The position numbers and the translations under genes are program-made. Shown here piece by piece: positions 49,101 through 60,787 of a stretch of DNA of 64,000 nucleotides; within the stretch, counting starts at the first letter, position 1; every line of letters begins with the position of its first letter. The DNA lies in contig CP158635.1 of assembly GCA_050273025.1 (NCBI GenBank), positions 28,458,001-28,522,000 on the forward strand, in the 5' to 3' direction. The stretch comes from Cenococcum geophilum. Its lineage: Eukaryota. The notes beneath the pieces were generated by a model. It saw nothing but the letters and a program-made list of their open reading frames with translations, searched no databases and was not told where the DNA came from.

Positions 49101-49610
49101 AAACTAACTACTGTAATATAATACTAGCTAGACTAACGCTAAAGAGGCGTATAGGAGTTAAAGATACAGAGGTTAATTAAGGCAAGAAGAACCTAAGCCG
49201 TAGTATGGTTAACGCTATAGGGGGTAAACACTCTAAGGCTCTAAGAAGGCCTAATAAAGGCAGAAAATATAATAGCAATACTCTTAAGAACAGGAGTAAT
49301 AGGACTAAAAGACTAGCTCTACTAGGTGGGTATCCTAATAGGTAGCCTAAGATGCAAATATAGCTAGCTAAGACAGACACTAAAGCACGTAATACTACTA
49401 TGCCCCTTACGTACTAACTAAGAAGTAATACTTTTAGTAGCTAGTATAGAGAACTATAAGACACTGCTCTTAATATAAAAAGGCCTTAAGGCGGTTACCT
49501 AGTGGCTTATTAGCTAAAATATACTAAACTAGTTCTAGGTTGCAAAGGAAATGGTAATAAAAGGTAGGGGGGCGAGCAACAGGTGCCCCCTAATGACTCT
49601 ATAGTAGTAG
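46160..49610 (+). pseudogene. LINE ORF2 (AP endonuclease + reverse transcriptase + C-terminal CCHC), RIP-inactivated
   Basis: De-RIP IIQYNCG..ILAIQEP, LLGD.NLHHP.W, SYRPIALENTLGKILE, LDISGAYDNV, GIPQGSPLSPILF, GFVDD, and CECG..RQT.KHV.L.CP; no RNase H domain seen; boundaries approximate. Confidence 0.9.
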
Positions 49611-52600
49611 AGTAAAGTTTACAATACTAGCGCGTTCGTAGGCTTATTACGGCAGCAGTGGTTCCTAAAAAGGTTAAAAAGTAAGGTAATAGGAGCACCA
49701 CAGGTAACTCGCAGGCGCCTCGCAGGCGCCCTATAGGCGAGTCCTAAAAGGCAGGGAGATGGATCACGGGGTTTTCTTAAATAGAGTTTTCTCCCCATAT
49801 GTATATAAGGAGTAGTCCGTGTGGGCCCAATAGGGATCCGAATCGGACGTTAAGCAATGAATTATTATTATTAATTAGTAAAGTTATACACGTTAATTAG
49901 TTAAATCCTTTTAATTATAGGTCCTATTATATTAATTTTAGGTTATAGTTTAAATCCAAGTTAAGGGTCTTGTCCGTAGGTTGCGTAAAACGGCATTACG
50001 CTTATTAATTCGTTTCTCGTATTATTTATAGTAAACTTAGCTAACGGTAGCTATTTCTCCCAGTCGTCTTATAGGTAGGAGTAGTATATTTATAGGTATT
50101 GTTCTATAATCGCGTTTATAATTTTAGTTTAACTATTTATCTCTAGATAAAATACGGTTAAGAGTTATATTTATATACTTAATCGTTTATATAGGGCTTA
50201 CTAGAAGTCTAAAATGAACTAGCTTTTATAGTTAGATATTATTAAATTAGGAAGTCTGTGTAGCTTAAAGACGTACTTAATAAAATATTCGGCTACTAAT
50301 ATTACATTAATTAAGTCTATAGGAATTATATATCGCATTTTTATAAGATAGTTAATAACTACTATAATATTTGTAAACCTATTACTATTAGGTAGGTTAA
50401 CTACAAAGTTAATTAAGATATCTCGCTATCTTTATATTGGAATTGGTAACGGTTAAAGTACTCCTTGCTTCTTTATATAAGAGGTCTTCCTATATACGCA
50501 TATTCTGTATACTTAAATATATTTTCGTATATAGTTATACATTATAGGCCAGTAGTATACTTATTGGATAATCTTATAGGTTTTTATATAGCTAGGATGC
50601 CCTACTATAGAGGAATCGTGTATAAATTTAAGTATCTTAAATTGTAAGGGTTTGGAATTTAGGACTACCATTTTCTGTTAATAGTATAACCGATTATTAC
50701 GGATTTTGCATTTAGCGAGTGTAATATCCTTATATTACCATTTCCTTATTTAAATTGCTTTTATTATATCTACTATCTAGGGGTTATTCTTATATTTATA
50801 TTCTATTAATTTATTAATTTTTATATCCCACTTATTGATTTCTAATTTATTCCTATTAAGCTCCATATCTAGGAATATAGGGCGTAGTTTCTTAAAGTGT
50901 TTAGGGGGCAGTAGAATTTATAATTAATTTGTAATCCGTTTATTAGAGGCGTTTATAGGTAAGTTCTATAATTATTATATTAATAAGTTAGGCTTCTAGT
51001 TAAGTTTACTAGGTTAGTATATAATTTTAAAGTTAAATTATAAAAGGTATTTAGCCTAACGAATTTAGCGCTGTATTAATTGCTTTATAGTTATAAAGTA
51101 CTATAGGTTTTTATGGTCCGTTAATACGTATATTAGGAATAATAATCCTTTAAGTTCTAGGCGCCATTATTTAAAGCATCTAATAATTGTAAGTAGTTCC
51201 TTATTATATATCTTATAGTTTAATTTAGTAGGGGTAAGTTTTTAGGAGAGAAAGGCTACTAGGCGTAGCTCGCCGTTCTTATCGTACTGCAATAACACCC
51301 CTCCTAGTATATAATTAGACGAGTCTGTTTTAATAATATATTTAAGGTCCGAATTAAAGTAGGTAAGGATTAAAGTAGTTATAAAACGATATTTTAGGTT
51401 GTTAAAAGCTTATTTATATTTAGTAGTTTATTTAAATCTTACATTCTTTCTTATTAAGTTTACTAATAGCTAAATAATTTTTAAGAAGTAATTAATAAAT
51501 TAATAGTAGAAATTTGCGAATTCTAGAAATCCTTAGATGTTTTATACACTACTAGGACTTTCTTAGTTTATAATTACAGCGATTTTCTTAGGGTCTATTT
51601 TAATTCCATTGCGGGATATAATATGGCCTAAGTATGTAACTTTGGACGTATAGAACTTATATTTCTTAATGTCGCATTATAAGCCCGCGTCTTATAGGTA
51701 TTTAAGAACTATTTAGATATACTTCTAATGCTTAAAAAGCGAAAATAAATAGATTAAGATATTATTAATATACGCGGTAATAAATACATTAAGAAATTCG
51801 CGAAGTATATTATTAACGTATTACTAAAATATACTAGGACCGCTCTTTACGCCAAATGGTATTACTAGGTATTTAAAAGGTCCCTATTATATACGAAAAG
51901 CCGTATACTTCTTATCTCCTTCGCGAATACGGATTTAATTAAAGGCGGTAACTACGTTAAGCTTTGTAAAGTATTATACTTTTACTAAGCAGTTAAGCGT
52001 TTCTTAAAGCAGAGGAATTAAATATTGGTTTTAAATCGTAATTATATTTAGGGCTTAATAATTAATATAGAATCTTAAGCCTCCTCTAGGTTTTTTAATA
52101 AATAGTATAGGTAAGGCGAATAGTAATTAATTAGGGCGAATAAATCCTTTCTTTAGGTGCTCTTTAAGGTATTATTATATTATAAGTAGCTCTTCTCGCG
52201 ATATACCATATAACGGGCCGAACTTTAGCGTTATACTAAGTTTAAATTTTATCTTAAAATTGTGCTCGTCTTAATACGGGGGTAGTTGGTTTATAAATTA
52301 TCTCTTAAATGTATTAATTAGATTATAATATTCTTTAGGTATAAGAGGTTAGGGGTTAATATATTGCTTCAGTTCTAACGCCTTTTTAATATCTTCTAGT
52401 GTTATAGTAAAGATCTTATAGTCTCGTTTTCTTACTAATAAATAAAAGGGTGCGGCTTGTATTATATAAATTTTAAGAGGTTTTAATATATTATCTTCGC
52501 ATTCTTTACCGCAATTGGCAGTTATAACTTTATTATATTAGTTTAAGGTTTATAGTAAGGGTAATTCATATTATATTAAATTTCAATAGTTATATACATG

Positions 52601-54670
52601 TTTATAGGGTAAGTAGTATTTTAAATAATAACTTTAGCAGTAGGTTATATAGAATTTTAGTATTTCTTTAACCTAGCTAATTAAAGGGTTATATTATTTT
52701 AGCTATCCGTATCTAAGTATTACCTTATAATACTTTAAGGGTGTTATAAATAGGGAAATATATTTAAGGTATTTGCCTATCCGCATTTTTATAAAAGCGT
52801 AGTGCGTTAGTTCGCTATATATTAAAGGCTTACTATTAAAGCCTTATAGGCCTTAGGGCTTATTAAGTTTTTTTAAATTTAAGTGTTAAGTTTTCGCGTA
52901 GTTTATATTAATAAAGCCTATACTAGTAGCTCCGCTATCTATAAGGATTTATACTTCCTTCTATTTTCTAAGTATTTAAATTTTGCCGAGTATATTAAGG
53001 GAGTTATATTATATATTAGCGCTAAAAGAGCCTAGACACTTATACTCTTCCACTTTTTATCCTAAGGCGCGACTTGGCCCTAGGATAATTCATTTTCTAA
53101 GTTAACTAAAGGTAAGATACTTCGTGGCAACTAAGTATAATTTATAAAATAAGTATAACTTAAGGACTAAGAGGAGCTACGGCGGACCTTTTTAAAAGGG
53201 TAAGTTCGGTAATCCCTTTAAATATATCCCTTTTTTCTATATCCAAAACATTCTCTATTTGCGGCTTATATTCTTTATTTATTGGTTCCTAAAGGTATAT
53301 AGAATTAGGTGGCATTAAGGTCTATAGGGTTATATAAAGGGCTTTTAGGTCTTAGAGACGGATTGCGCTTTAGGGTGTATACTAGTTTTATAGAGTTTTA
53401 AGCGTAAGGTGTAGTTGGCTTTAGGGAATAAGTCTATTTATTATATTAAAGGTCCTTATTAATTTGTTAATATATTATAGTAAATTTAGGTAAGTCCTTT
53501 AGCAGTTCTCTACCTACTAACTATACTTTAATTTTATCTAAAATAGCTCGGCGGAGAGCAGTAACTCTAGCAGCTTTATTTTAATCTAGTTTACTAATAA
53601 GGCCTAAAAATTCTAAAAAGAAGCTAGTAAAGTCTTGGTTCCGTTATTATAGGTTTTTAAGTTTAGTAATAGCTATATATTTATAGCTGGTGTTATTATA
53701 TATTCGTTCTAGTAGAGAGATAAAGATTTTAAAATTAATAAAGGTGCCGTTACGGAAGAATAGGTCTATAGTTTATATAGTGTCTTTATTTAAACGGGAT
53801 ATTCTATAGCTAATCTTGCTGGCTTTAGTAGGGTATTAGTTATAGTTTGTTAAAAGTTTAAGATAGAGCTTAGTTATAAAGGGATATAGGTTATTTTAAT
53901 TTCTATTAAATATTAGAGGGTTAGGGAGCTTTTTAAATTTTATAGTAGGTATTAGGTTTATTATAGGTATAGGTTAAGCTGCCATTACTAATTTAGGGTT
54001 TATATTTAATAGGTCGGGTTTATATATAGTTATTTTAATTTTATTTATAGGTGTTACTATTAGGGTCTCTAACGCGAGTACTTTAGCGTTATAGAGTTCT
54101 TTATATATTACTTTAATTAATTACTAATACTAAGCTTCTAGTATAGTTTGTTACTAGGCCAAGGCATCTATAAAGGACTATTGCATTATAGTTATTTATT
54201 CCCTAACTAGGGCTATAATAGTTGTTGTGGCGGATTTAAGTTTATTTACTATTTTAAGGGTATTAGTATAACGTAACGTAGTATAAGGGCGCAGAGAGAC
54301 TTTAGGGAAGATTCGAAGGAATAATATAAATTCTATCTAAATCTAAGGGTATATAGCTCTTGCTAAGAATAAGACGTTGCGTAAAGAAGAGAAAGGAATA
54401 ATAAGAGAATTATATAATTAAATAGTTAGGGGCTTAGTGGTCGATACGTGCGCATATACGCACGCGGTCTTCGACGGACTTCGGTAATTCAATTAATCTA
54501 GTAGATTTTGGTCAAAGCGTCGGAATTTATCTGTTAAGTGTTTTACCGAGATATTCCTACTATAACTGGGCTAGTCCCGTTATAAATCTAAAGAGCTTAC
54601 CGTTGTCCCTATATAGAATGCTATAAAATATATAGGAGGGTACGACCTCTCTAAGATAGGAAAGTCTTAG

Positions 54671-54906
54671 TGCTGTCTGTCAGTCGGTCGGTTAGTCTGT
54701 TAGTTAGTTATAATTAGTTAGAATTAAGCAGTAAAAAGAGAAAGAAAAGAGTGTATTAAAGGAAAGTTGTATATCTATTAGTGTCGCCTAAGTTATTAAA
54801 GACTTTAAGGGCTCTAAACCGACCTATATAACTATAGAAGGCCTAGGCTCTCCCAAAGCTACGCCTAATCTAAATATTAAATTTAGGGGGCCAAATTATA
54901 CCACCA
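54671..54906 (-). repeat. Probable 5' LTR of Gypsy-A (partner outside window)
   Basis: Segment bounded by TGCTG...CACCA between the Gypsy-A leader and the abrupt start of the helicase frame; the second copy is not in the window, so limits are inferred. Confidence 0.45.
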
Positions 54907-56120
54907 TAGTAGGACTATATATAATCTATTAAGGTTACTAGTAAACCGTCTGTTTAATAAATTACCTACTACTAGTCTTACGCCTCTATAATAAGCTTTT
55001 AAGGATATTTACTATCTTATTCTTAATAAGAAATTTATAATTAGGTAAGTATATCTAGCCTAAATTAATTACCGCCTCCGTTAGATCTACCCTACGCGTA
55101 ATAATAACTATTTTAGAGACTTAAACATCTTACTAGTAGGCGATTTTTATTAGCTTCCCCCTATAGGTTAGGCGGCCTTATACAGCAATTTACCCACTAG
55201 GCCGTTAGTACTCGCTAGCTATAAAAAGGGAGCCTATAAGGCGATTAACCGAATAGCTGTCCTAAATTAAGTTATGCGGTAGAGCGGTAATAACGCTAAA
55301 AGCTCTGCGTTTAGAACCGCCTTTATAGAGCTATATAGTAATTCTATAAGTAATTTGACCTAAAAGCTTCTTTTAACTAGGTGTAAGTAGGGCCTATCCA
55401 CTAATAAGGTTGCGGGCTTTAATAACGCAATTTAGCTATATGGTATACGCGCTGCTATAGGTAAGTATAACACTATTTAGCTTCGCGACCTTTTACAGCT
55501 AGTAGTGGCTATTAAGTTAATTAATACTAGTATAGGTGCGCGGAAAGTTACTCCTAATTAGTGTAATACTATAGAGAATCTAGCCCTATATATTGGCGTA
55601 AAAGTAATGCTAATATAGAATATCTGGGTTAAACTAGGCTTAGTAAACGGTACTACTAGTATAGTTAAAGATGTTGTATAAAAGGGACACGCGGGTATTA
55701 AAAAGGATTAGCCTTAGTTACTACTAATTACAGTAAATGGGTATAGCGGACCTACCCTATTTACTTAATAGGATAGTAAGAAAGTTGTCCCTATATTTTC
55801 TGTACTTTATAAGTAGGAGGGTATAAGAGGCTTTTACTTACGGCGTTAATTTCCAATTACTTTAGCTTTTACTTTTACTGTATATAAAAGCTAGGGCCTA
55901 ATACTTAACTAGGTAGTTCTAAATATTAAGGAAAAGGATAAAATAGCTGGGCTAACCTATATAGTAATCTTACGAGTTAAGAAGCTTTTAGGGCTTATAT
56001 TTAAATATAGGTTTAATATAAAACAATTTTAGTTATTTATAAGTAAGACTAAAGAGATATAATAAGAAGATTTTATATAGAGGCAGTAGTAACTATTTAT
56101 AAACGACTTTTCCTAAATAG
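54907..56120 (+). pseudogene. PIF1-family (SF1B) helicase C-terminal half of a Helitron RepHel, RIP-inactivated, 5'-truncated by Gypsy-A
   Basis: De-RIP GRTIHNLLRLPV, YLILDEKSMIG, FGGLNILLVGDFHQLPPVG, IGAKVMLTQNIWVELGLVNG, RRQFPITLAFAFTVHKSQGLTL, YVAISRVK; Walker A and Rep domain are absent from the window. Confidence 0.88.
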
Positions 56121-57236
56121 GAAATTATATACTAACTTGGAGGTAAGCGGAGAATATAGCATTTATCTTAGTTTTATAATTTTTAAATAGCTTAACCGCG
56201 AAATCCAATTTTCTAAATTTTAACCCCCTTATCTATTTTACCTTCTTACCACTTCTAGAGCTATTAGATATATATATAATAGTATATAAGGAGAATTGGT
56301 AGTCTTACTAGATTAATATTACTGCTATCTATAGCGTTAATCGATTTTTAAAATTTTTGAAATTTTTTTTAAAGGGCGGAAATGTTGCTTATATAAGGAG
56401 TTACGTAACCTCTAAGAATATATGCTACTTAGGACCGTATATTAGCAGCCACGACTTCTCTATACTATAGTTAAGATTTTATATATACTATACCTAGAGC
56501 TACTTAAAATAAGTATTACCTATAGATCTGCCTATTTATAAATTAAAAATTAGACATAGTTAGAGCTATTAGTAGGGGTTATTAATTGCGCTTCCTGTAA
56601 TAAAATCTAACTAATAAATAAACTAATAAATTAAATTAAAAGTTTAGAATGTCTAAATAAAGTTCTATTAAGACGCTAGCTAAACCCTAACCTAAACCCT
56701 TCCTAACCTATTAAATTCTAAAAATAACGACCTTTATTAAATTAAAAATTATCCTTATCCTTAATAAGCCATCTAATTAGATTTAATAGTTCTTTATTAT
56801 CTAAGATATAGCTAAAACTAATAAGGTATAGCAGTATATCAACCTATTTAAGAAGAAAGACGATCTTCTAAAGCTAGAACTATTAAGTTAGCCTATACTA
56901 AGGGATATACTACCTACGGCTATATTAATAGTAAAGCTAGACCTAAATTAGCTTACTACCTATAACTAGCTCTACGCTAAATATAAGGACTATTTACGCG
57001 TATACTAGAAGTAAAAACAGGCTATAAACGATATTAATAACTACATTATTTGCACTATATTAGTAGCCTACCTTTTACTTATTAATAGCCTTAGTAGTTA
57101 GTTATATTAAATATTTAAGGCGTCTCTACTACTATAGTAGCCACTATAGTAATAGAGACACCCTATATTTTAGTAAGTAATTAAGCCTATCTTATATAAG
57201 AATCTTATATTATTAGTACTTACTAAATCACATACT

Positions 57237-57976
57237 TATAGGGCCTCCTCCCATCTATAAATACTCTCTCCTTTATACCTTCCTTTTTTCTTCTTTCTTC
57301 TTCCTTATAAGAGCTAGAGGTGCTTTAATACTCCTCCCTAGTCCCTACTAAGGGATCTATTAGTTAACGTAGCAATATAGATAGTATTAAATAATAAGAC
57401 GGGCGAAAGAGGATAGGAAGGACGGAGGAGCCTCCGGTATATATTAGTCGAGTAACGTTACTAGCTATATTATAGCTGCCTAATCTCCTATATTTATAGG
57501 CCTCCTCCCATCTATAAATACTCCCTCTTTTATATTTTTCTCTCTTTTTTTCTTCTTCCTTATAAGAGCTAGAGGTGCTCTAATACTCCTTTTTAGTCCC
57601 TACTAAGGGATCTATTAGTTAATGTAGTAATATAAATAGTATCTAATAAGGAAATAGGTAAGAGAGGAGATAGGAAGGACAAAGGGGCGTCCGGTAGGTA
57701 TTAGTTAAGTAACGTTAATGTCTATATTATAGCTGCCTAATCTCCTATTCGTAGGCTTCCTCCTATCTATAAATACTCCCTCCTCTATACCTTTCTCTCT
57801 TCTTTTTTCCTCTTCCTTATAAGAGCTAAAGGCGCTCTAATACCCCTCCCTAGTCTCTACTAAGGGATTTGTTGGTTAATATGGTAATATAGATAGTATT
57901 AGATAAGGAGACGGGTAATAAAGGAGATAGAAAGGACGGAGGAACCTCTAGTAGGTGTTAGTCGAGTAATATTAAT
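57237..57976. repeat. Tandem array of about 2.9 copies of a ~257-bp unit
   Basis: Units start near 57237, 57495 and 57750 (taggcctcctcccatctataaatactc...ccttataagagctagagg...ctactaaggga...ggaaggac). Confidence 0.9.
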
Positions 57977-58727
57977 GGCGGTTTTCGTTACCTAAAAATT
58001 GCATTATATAATAACATTTGGGAACGTAAATATGTACCCCTATCCTATACTTATACTACTACTAAATATTTTAGATTTTGCACTTGGAGTTACTTATAAT
58101 AGGTATTCCTAAAAGATCTGCCGGTTTAAAGCTCTATAATTAAACGTTATTAATATTTATATAGGGGTTATTAATTAAGCTTTTGGGATATAATTTTTAA
58201 AGTTTAATACTATACTAATATTATAACCTTCTTATAGTGGCTAAGCTACCCCTAATCTCCTCCCCCTTTTCCCCCCTTCTATTACTCGGCGCTAAGCTAT
58301 TATATTATTGCCGAGCTATTACATCGTCGTACGTCTAAACTGGGTAGGTAATAACGTGGTTACTTAATTATATTAGACGTCTTTATATATAGTTATATCT
58401 CTTTCTATACGCGTATTTAATCGAGTTAGGGTAGTAGACTTACTTTAATTCTAGCTATATGGCGATTTAGTTATTAGGTATTAAAAATATTTAGTATATA
58501 AAGCTTTAAATTGGAATTATAATCTACTATATTAAATCCTACGTAAAGGGCTCTGTATTAAAGCTCTACAGTCTAAATATATACTAGATTTGTAACTAAT
58601 ATAATTCTTAAGCCCAGCTTAAGTAGGGCGCCTTAGTTACTGTAGTAGATCCTTACCTAGCAGTAACTAAGGCGTCTTAATCTTATTACTACTTCTAAAT
58701 TAAGCAAAGGCTCTATATAGGGGGGTC

Positions 58728-58746
58728 CCAGGGGGTCTCCCCCTGG
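58728..58746. other. GC-rich perfect hairpin CCAGGGGG-TCT-CCCCCTGG, candidate Helitron 3' terminal hairpin
   Basis: 8-bp stem with 3-nt loop in otherwise AT-rich DNA, about 150 bp before the isochore border. Confidence 0.55.
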
Positions 58747-59100
58747 AAAACCTTATCTCTATATATATTAATTAAAGTCTATATAATAAAGCTCTAAAAT
58801 TGATTGGCTTATTACTTATAAACTCGGGTCAAAATTTACGTTGGGGGATTAACGTTCCGCATGTTAGGAAAAATATATATAAATCTAATATACCTAAAAA
58901 TCTAATAAACCTATTTAAAGTAAATATGGAATTTAGTGATCATCTAACCTCTTACCTTGGTGCGAGATTCAATCCAAACCAAGCATGCCCAGACCTCTAG
59001 ATATTGCATAAAGGTATAAAGCCGTCTATCGCCTCCATCTATTTATATGCACACCAGACATATTCACTTCTCCTAGCTTCTGCGTCTCACCCCTCTTATT

Positions 59101-60787
59101 TCATGCACAGCCCCAAAACCCCCAGATAGCACCCACACACTCATCGACCCTTTCAATCGGCACCTCATGCCCCGCATCCAGCACCCTAATATCCACATTC
59201 CCACTCCCCAGCACCGCCTCCACATCCGCCGCCACCTCATCCGCCACGACAACCTGATCACGCACCCCCAGCAGCACAAGCACTTTCCCCCGCTCCAGCC
59301 CCTCCCGCGCAACCACCGTATCTCCAGGCGCGGCATTCTGCGCACTCAGACGCTCACCAATGACGCGCCACCGCGCATGCTGCCCACGGATCGGCGCATA
59401 GCGGATCGAAGACACGAACGCGGGGACAAAGCCCGCATGGTGCGCGAGCTGCCAGTCGACGACCGCAGCTACAGTGCTGGCCGGAGCGCCAGGCAGCAGC
59501 GGGGTGTGCGAGGACGCATGCACGGCTTGCGTCCCCGTCCTGTCTTTCCCGGCGCTCAGGATGCCGGGTGTGGCGGCTTCGGGCTCGACACTCTGCGCGG
59601 TGGGTGGGCCGGTGTGCAGGCGGGCGGCGACGAGGCGCTCGACGAGGCGGGAGGGCAGCGGGCTGGTGGGCGAGTAGAGGAGTCGGCTTTTGAGGGTTGT
59701 GTGCGAGGTGCGGATGAGGCCGCTGGGGGCGAGCAGGATTAGGCTCGAGACGAGGCGCGGGAAGTGGGATGTGAAATCTGCGGCGAGGCCGCCGCCGAGG
59801 GAGTAGCCGATTAGGGAGAAGGAGGACCAGTGGAGGGGTGAGGAGGTGATGCTGAGGAGGATTTGGGTGGTGTAGAGGCGGGAGTCATGTTGGATGGAAT
59901 TGGGACCGGTTGGAGAAGGGGATGAGGAGAAGCCTCGGCCGTAGAGGTCTGGAAAGAGTGTGAGTAATTATGGAGGGTTTGGAAGTGTGAAGAAGAGGCC
60001 AGTGAATAATATAGTGAAGTAGTGGCGATTGTAAGATTAGTGGGACAGGTAAGCCAAAAGATAAATGAGGATAAAAGAAAATAAATACAGTACAGCAACT
60101 CGCTCAGCTCTTGATCAAGAACCTTAAAACGAAGCTTCCAAGGACTTTTAGATACCCCCGTTGGAAAGCTTTGCTAAGTTGCGACAAAGAACTCATTATT
60201 TTAGTCCGGTTGCACGCATCTATGATTGACAGGAAAATCGCATATGCATAATGACTATACCAAACGTTCAAGATACTCCTGAAAATTCTACTCGCAAAGT
60301 ATGTTTTAAATTAATATGGACACGCAGTATGACATCAAGGAGATTAGACGGGCACTTGGCAGTGAACACGAGGCGTGTCAGAAATTAACCCACCGAACAG
60401 CATGACTCGGCATCCTTTGTCCACAAACCTATGTGCCATGCCTGCCAAGGCGATGCATGGAGTGCTTATGCCATGGACAAAAAGTACCTTCCTGCCATCC
60501 TCAGGACCCCACTCGTACACTCTGGTGCTCCCGTACGGTGAGTCGACATCGCGGGCGCCCGGGAGAGCATCGGGAGGATAAGGCAGAGATTTTATTTCCT
60601 CTCGCGGTAGGTTTGGGAGTACTGTATCTTTAGGGGATAGAATGATCTTTGGGTGGTCAGACTTCAGGGAATTTGTGAATGATCTGAGTAACAAGATGCC
60701 GAGAGATGCCACACCAGCACATAGACAGAGTGATAGACGGTATGCAGGCAAGTTGGTATGCGTGGCCATGTCTGGGAGACCAGCCAT
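59101..60787 (-). CDS. Alpha/beta-fold hydrolase with N-terminal hydrophobic anchor; join(60787..60394, 59948..59101)
   Basis: Exon 1 gives YEWGPEDGRKVLFVHGISTP...GCRVMLF; GT(60393)..AG(59949) splicing yields FDLYGRGFS; nucleophile elbow IGYSLGGG, acid LGVRDQVV, His DAGHEVP; stop TGA at 59101-59103. Start could be Met 60787 or 60769. Confidence 0.9.

Larger units (their letters stand above)
44304..49872 (+). mobile_element. Tad1-like LINE (non-LTR retrotransposon), apparently full length, about 5.57 kb
   Basis: 13-15-bp TSD (TT)AATTAGTAAAGTT at 44291-44303 and 49873-49885; 3' (ATT)n tail; ORF1 and ORF2 relics. Confidence 0.93.
43046..54584 (-). mobile_element. Gypsy-E: Ty3/Gypsy LTR retrotransposon (about 6.0 kb net) interrupted by a LINE
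   Basis: 303-bp LTRs 43046-43348 and 54282-54584; perfect TSD AATCT; PPT (gtaccccccctttt on plus) next to 43349; gag-protease-RT-RNaseH-integrase-chromodomain relics on minus. Confidence 0.95.
1..54906 (-). mobile_element. Gypsy-A: outermost Ty3/Gypsy LTR retrotransposon, fragmented by four insertions (own segments about 1-3765, 4847-6215, 25382-26636, 41381-43045, 54590-54906; 3' LTR lies left of the window)
   Basis: Minus-strand gag N-terminus near 42420 (de-RIP MAQPMPAPGTPGIFHFTAQNVSQFIEQYERLC...LPEYCD); RT reads through the 3763-4846 insertion (FLDDIAVKGP...IRRYVLEHIIWLDGVLADLERAG.TISGAKS.F); RNase H and integrase relics at about 1400-3600; segments rejoin at TSDs GATAC/AATAC, AATAG and AATCT. 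Confidence 0.85.
54907..58765 (+). mobile_element. Helitron-like rolling-circle element, 3' part
   Basis: RIP'd (hence repeated) PIF1 helicase followed by ~2.6 kb non-coding DNA with a tandem array and GC-rich hairpins close to the end of the AT-rich block; exact 3' terminus uncertain. Confidence 0.65.
1..58900. other. AT-rich RIP-degenerated transposon block (heterochromatin-like isochore)
   Basis: Strong TpA excess and CpA/TpG depletion by inspection; TE reading frames broken almost only by TAA/TAG (from CAA/CAG/TGG); paired LTRs differ mainly by C>T/G>A; composition switches abruptly to GC-balanced near 58,900-59,000. Confidence 0.95.

Noticed and set aside
54907..56120. Host PIF1 helicase gene
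   Set aside because: Heavily RIP'd, intronless and embedded in repeats, which indicates a multicopy TE-borne helicase.
56681..56710. taaaccctaacctaaacccttcctaacc as an interstitial telomere
   Set aside because: Only one exact CCCTAA unit; compatible with RIP'd low-complexity sequence.
57237..57976. CRISPR-like array
   Set aside because: Eukaryotic context; whole units repeat with no unique spacers.
1..58900. Starship-type giant element or autonomous tyrosine-recombinase gene
   Set aside because: No YR/DUF3435-like frame or cargo genes were recognised; nearly all of the block is accounted for by the nested elements.
7480..59000. Short 60-100 aa ORFs from the six-frame track in the AT-rich block as real genes or effectors
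   Set aside because: They are I/L/Y-rich chance frames in RIP'd TE sequence or stop-free remnants of pol (e.g. 29753-30019 integrase, 36277-36495 protease); no convincing signal-peptide, Cys-rich effector gene was seen.
59073..59742. ORFs 59167-59742(+), 59474-59677(+) and 59073-59345(-)
   Set aside because: Shadow frames of the GC-rich hydrolase exon 2.
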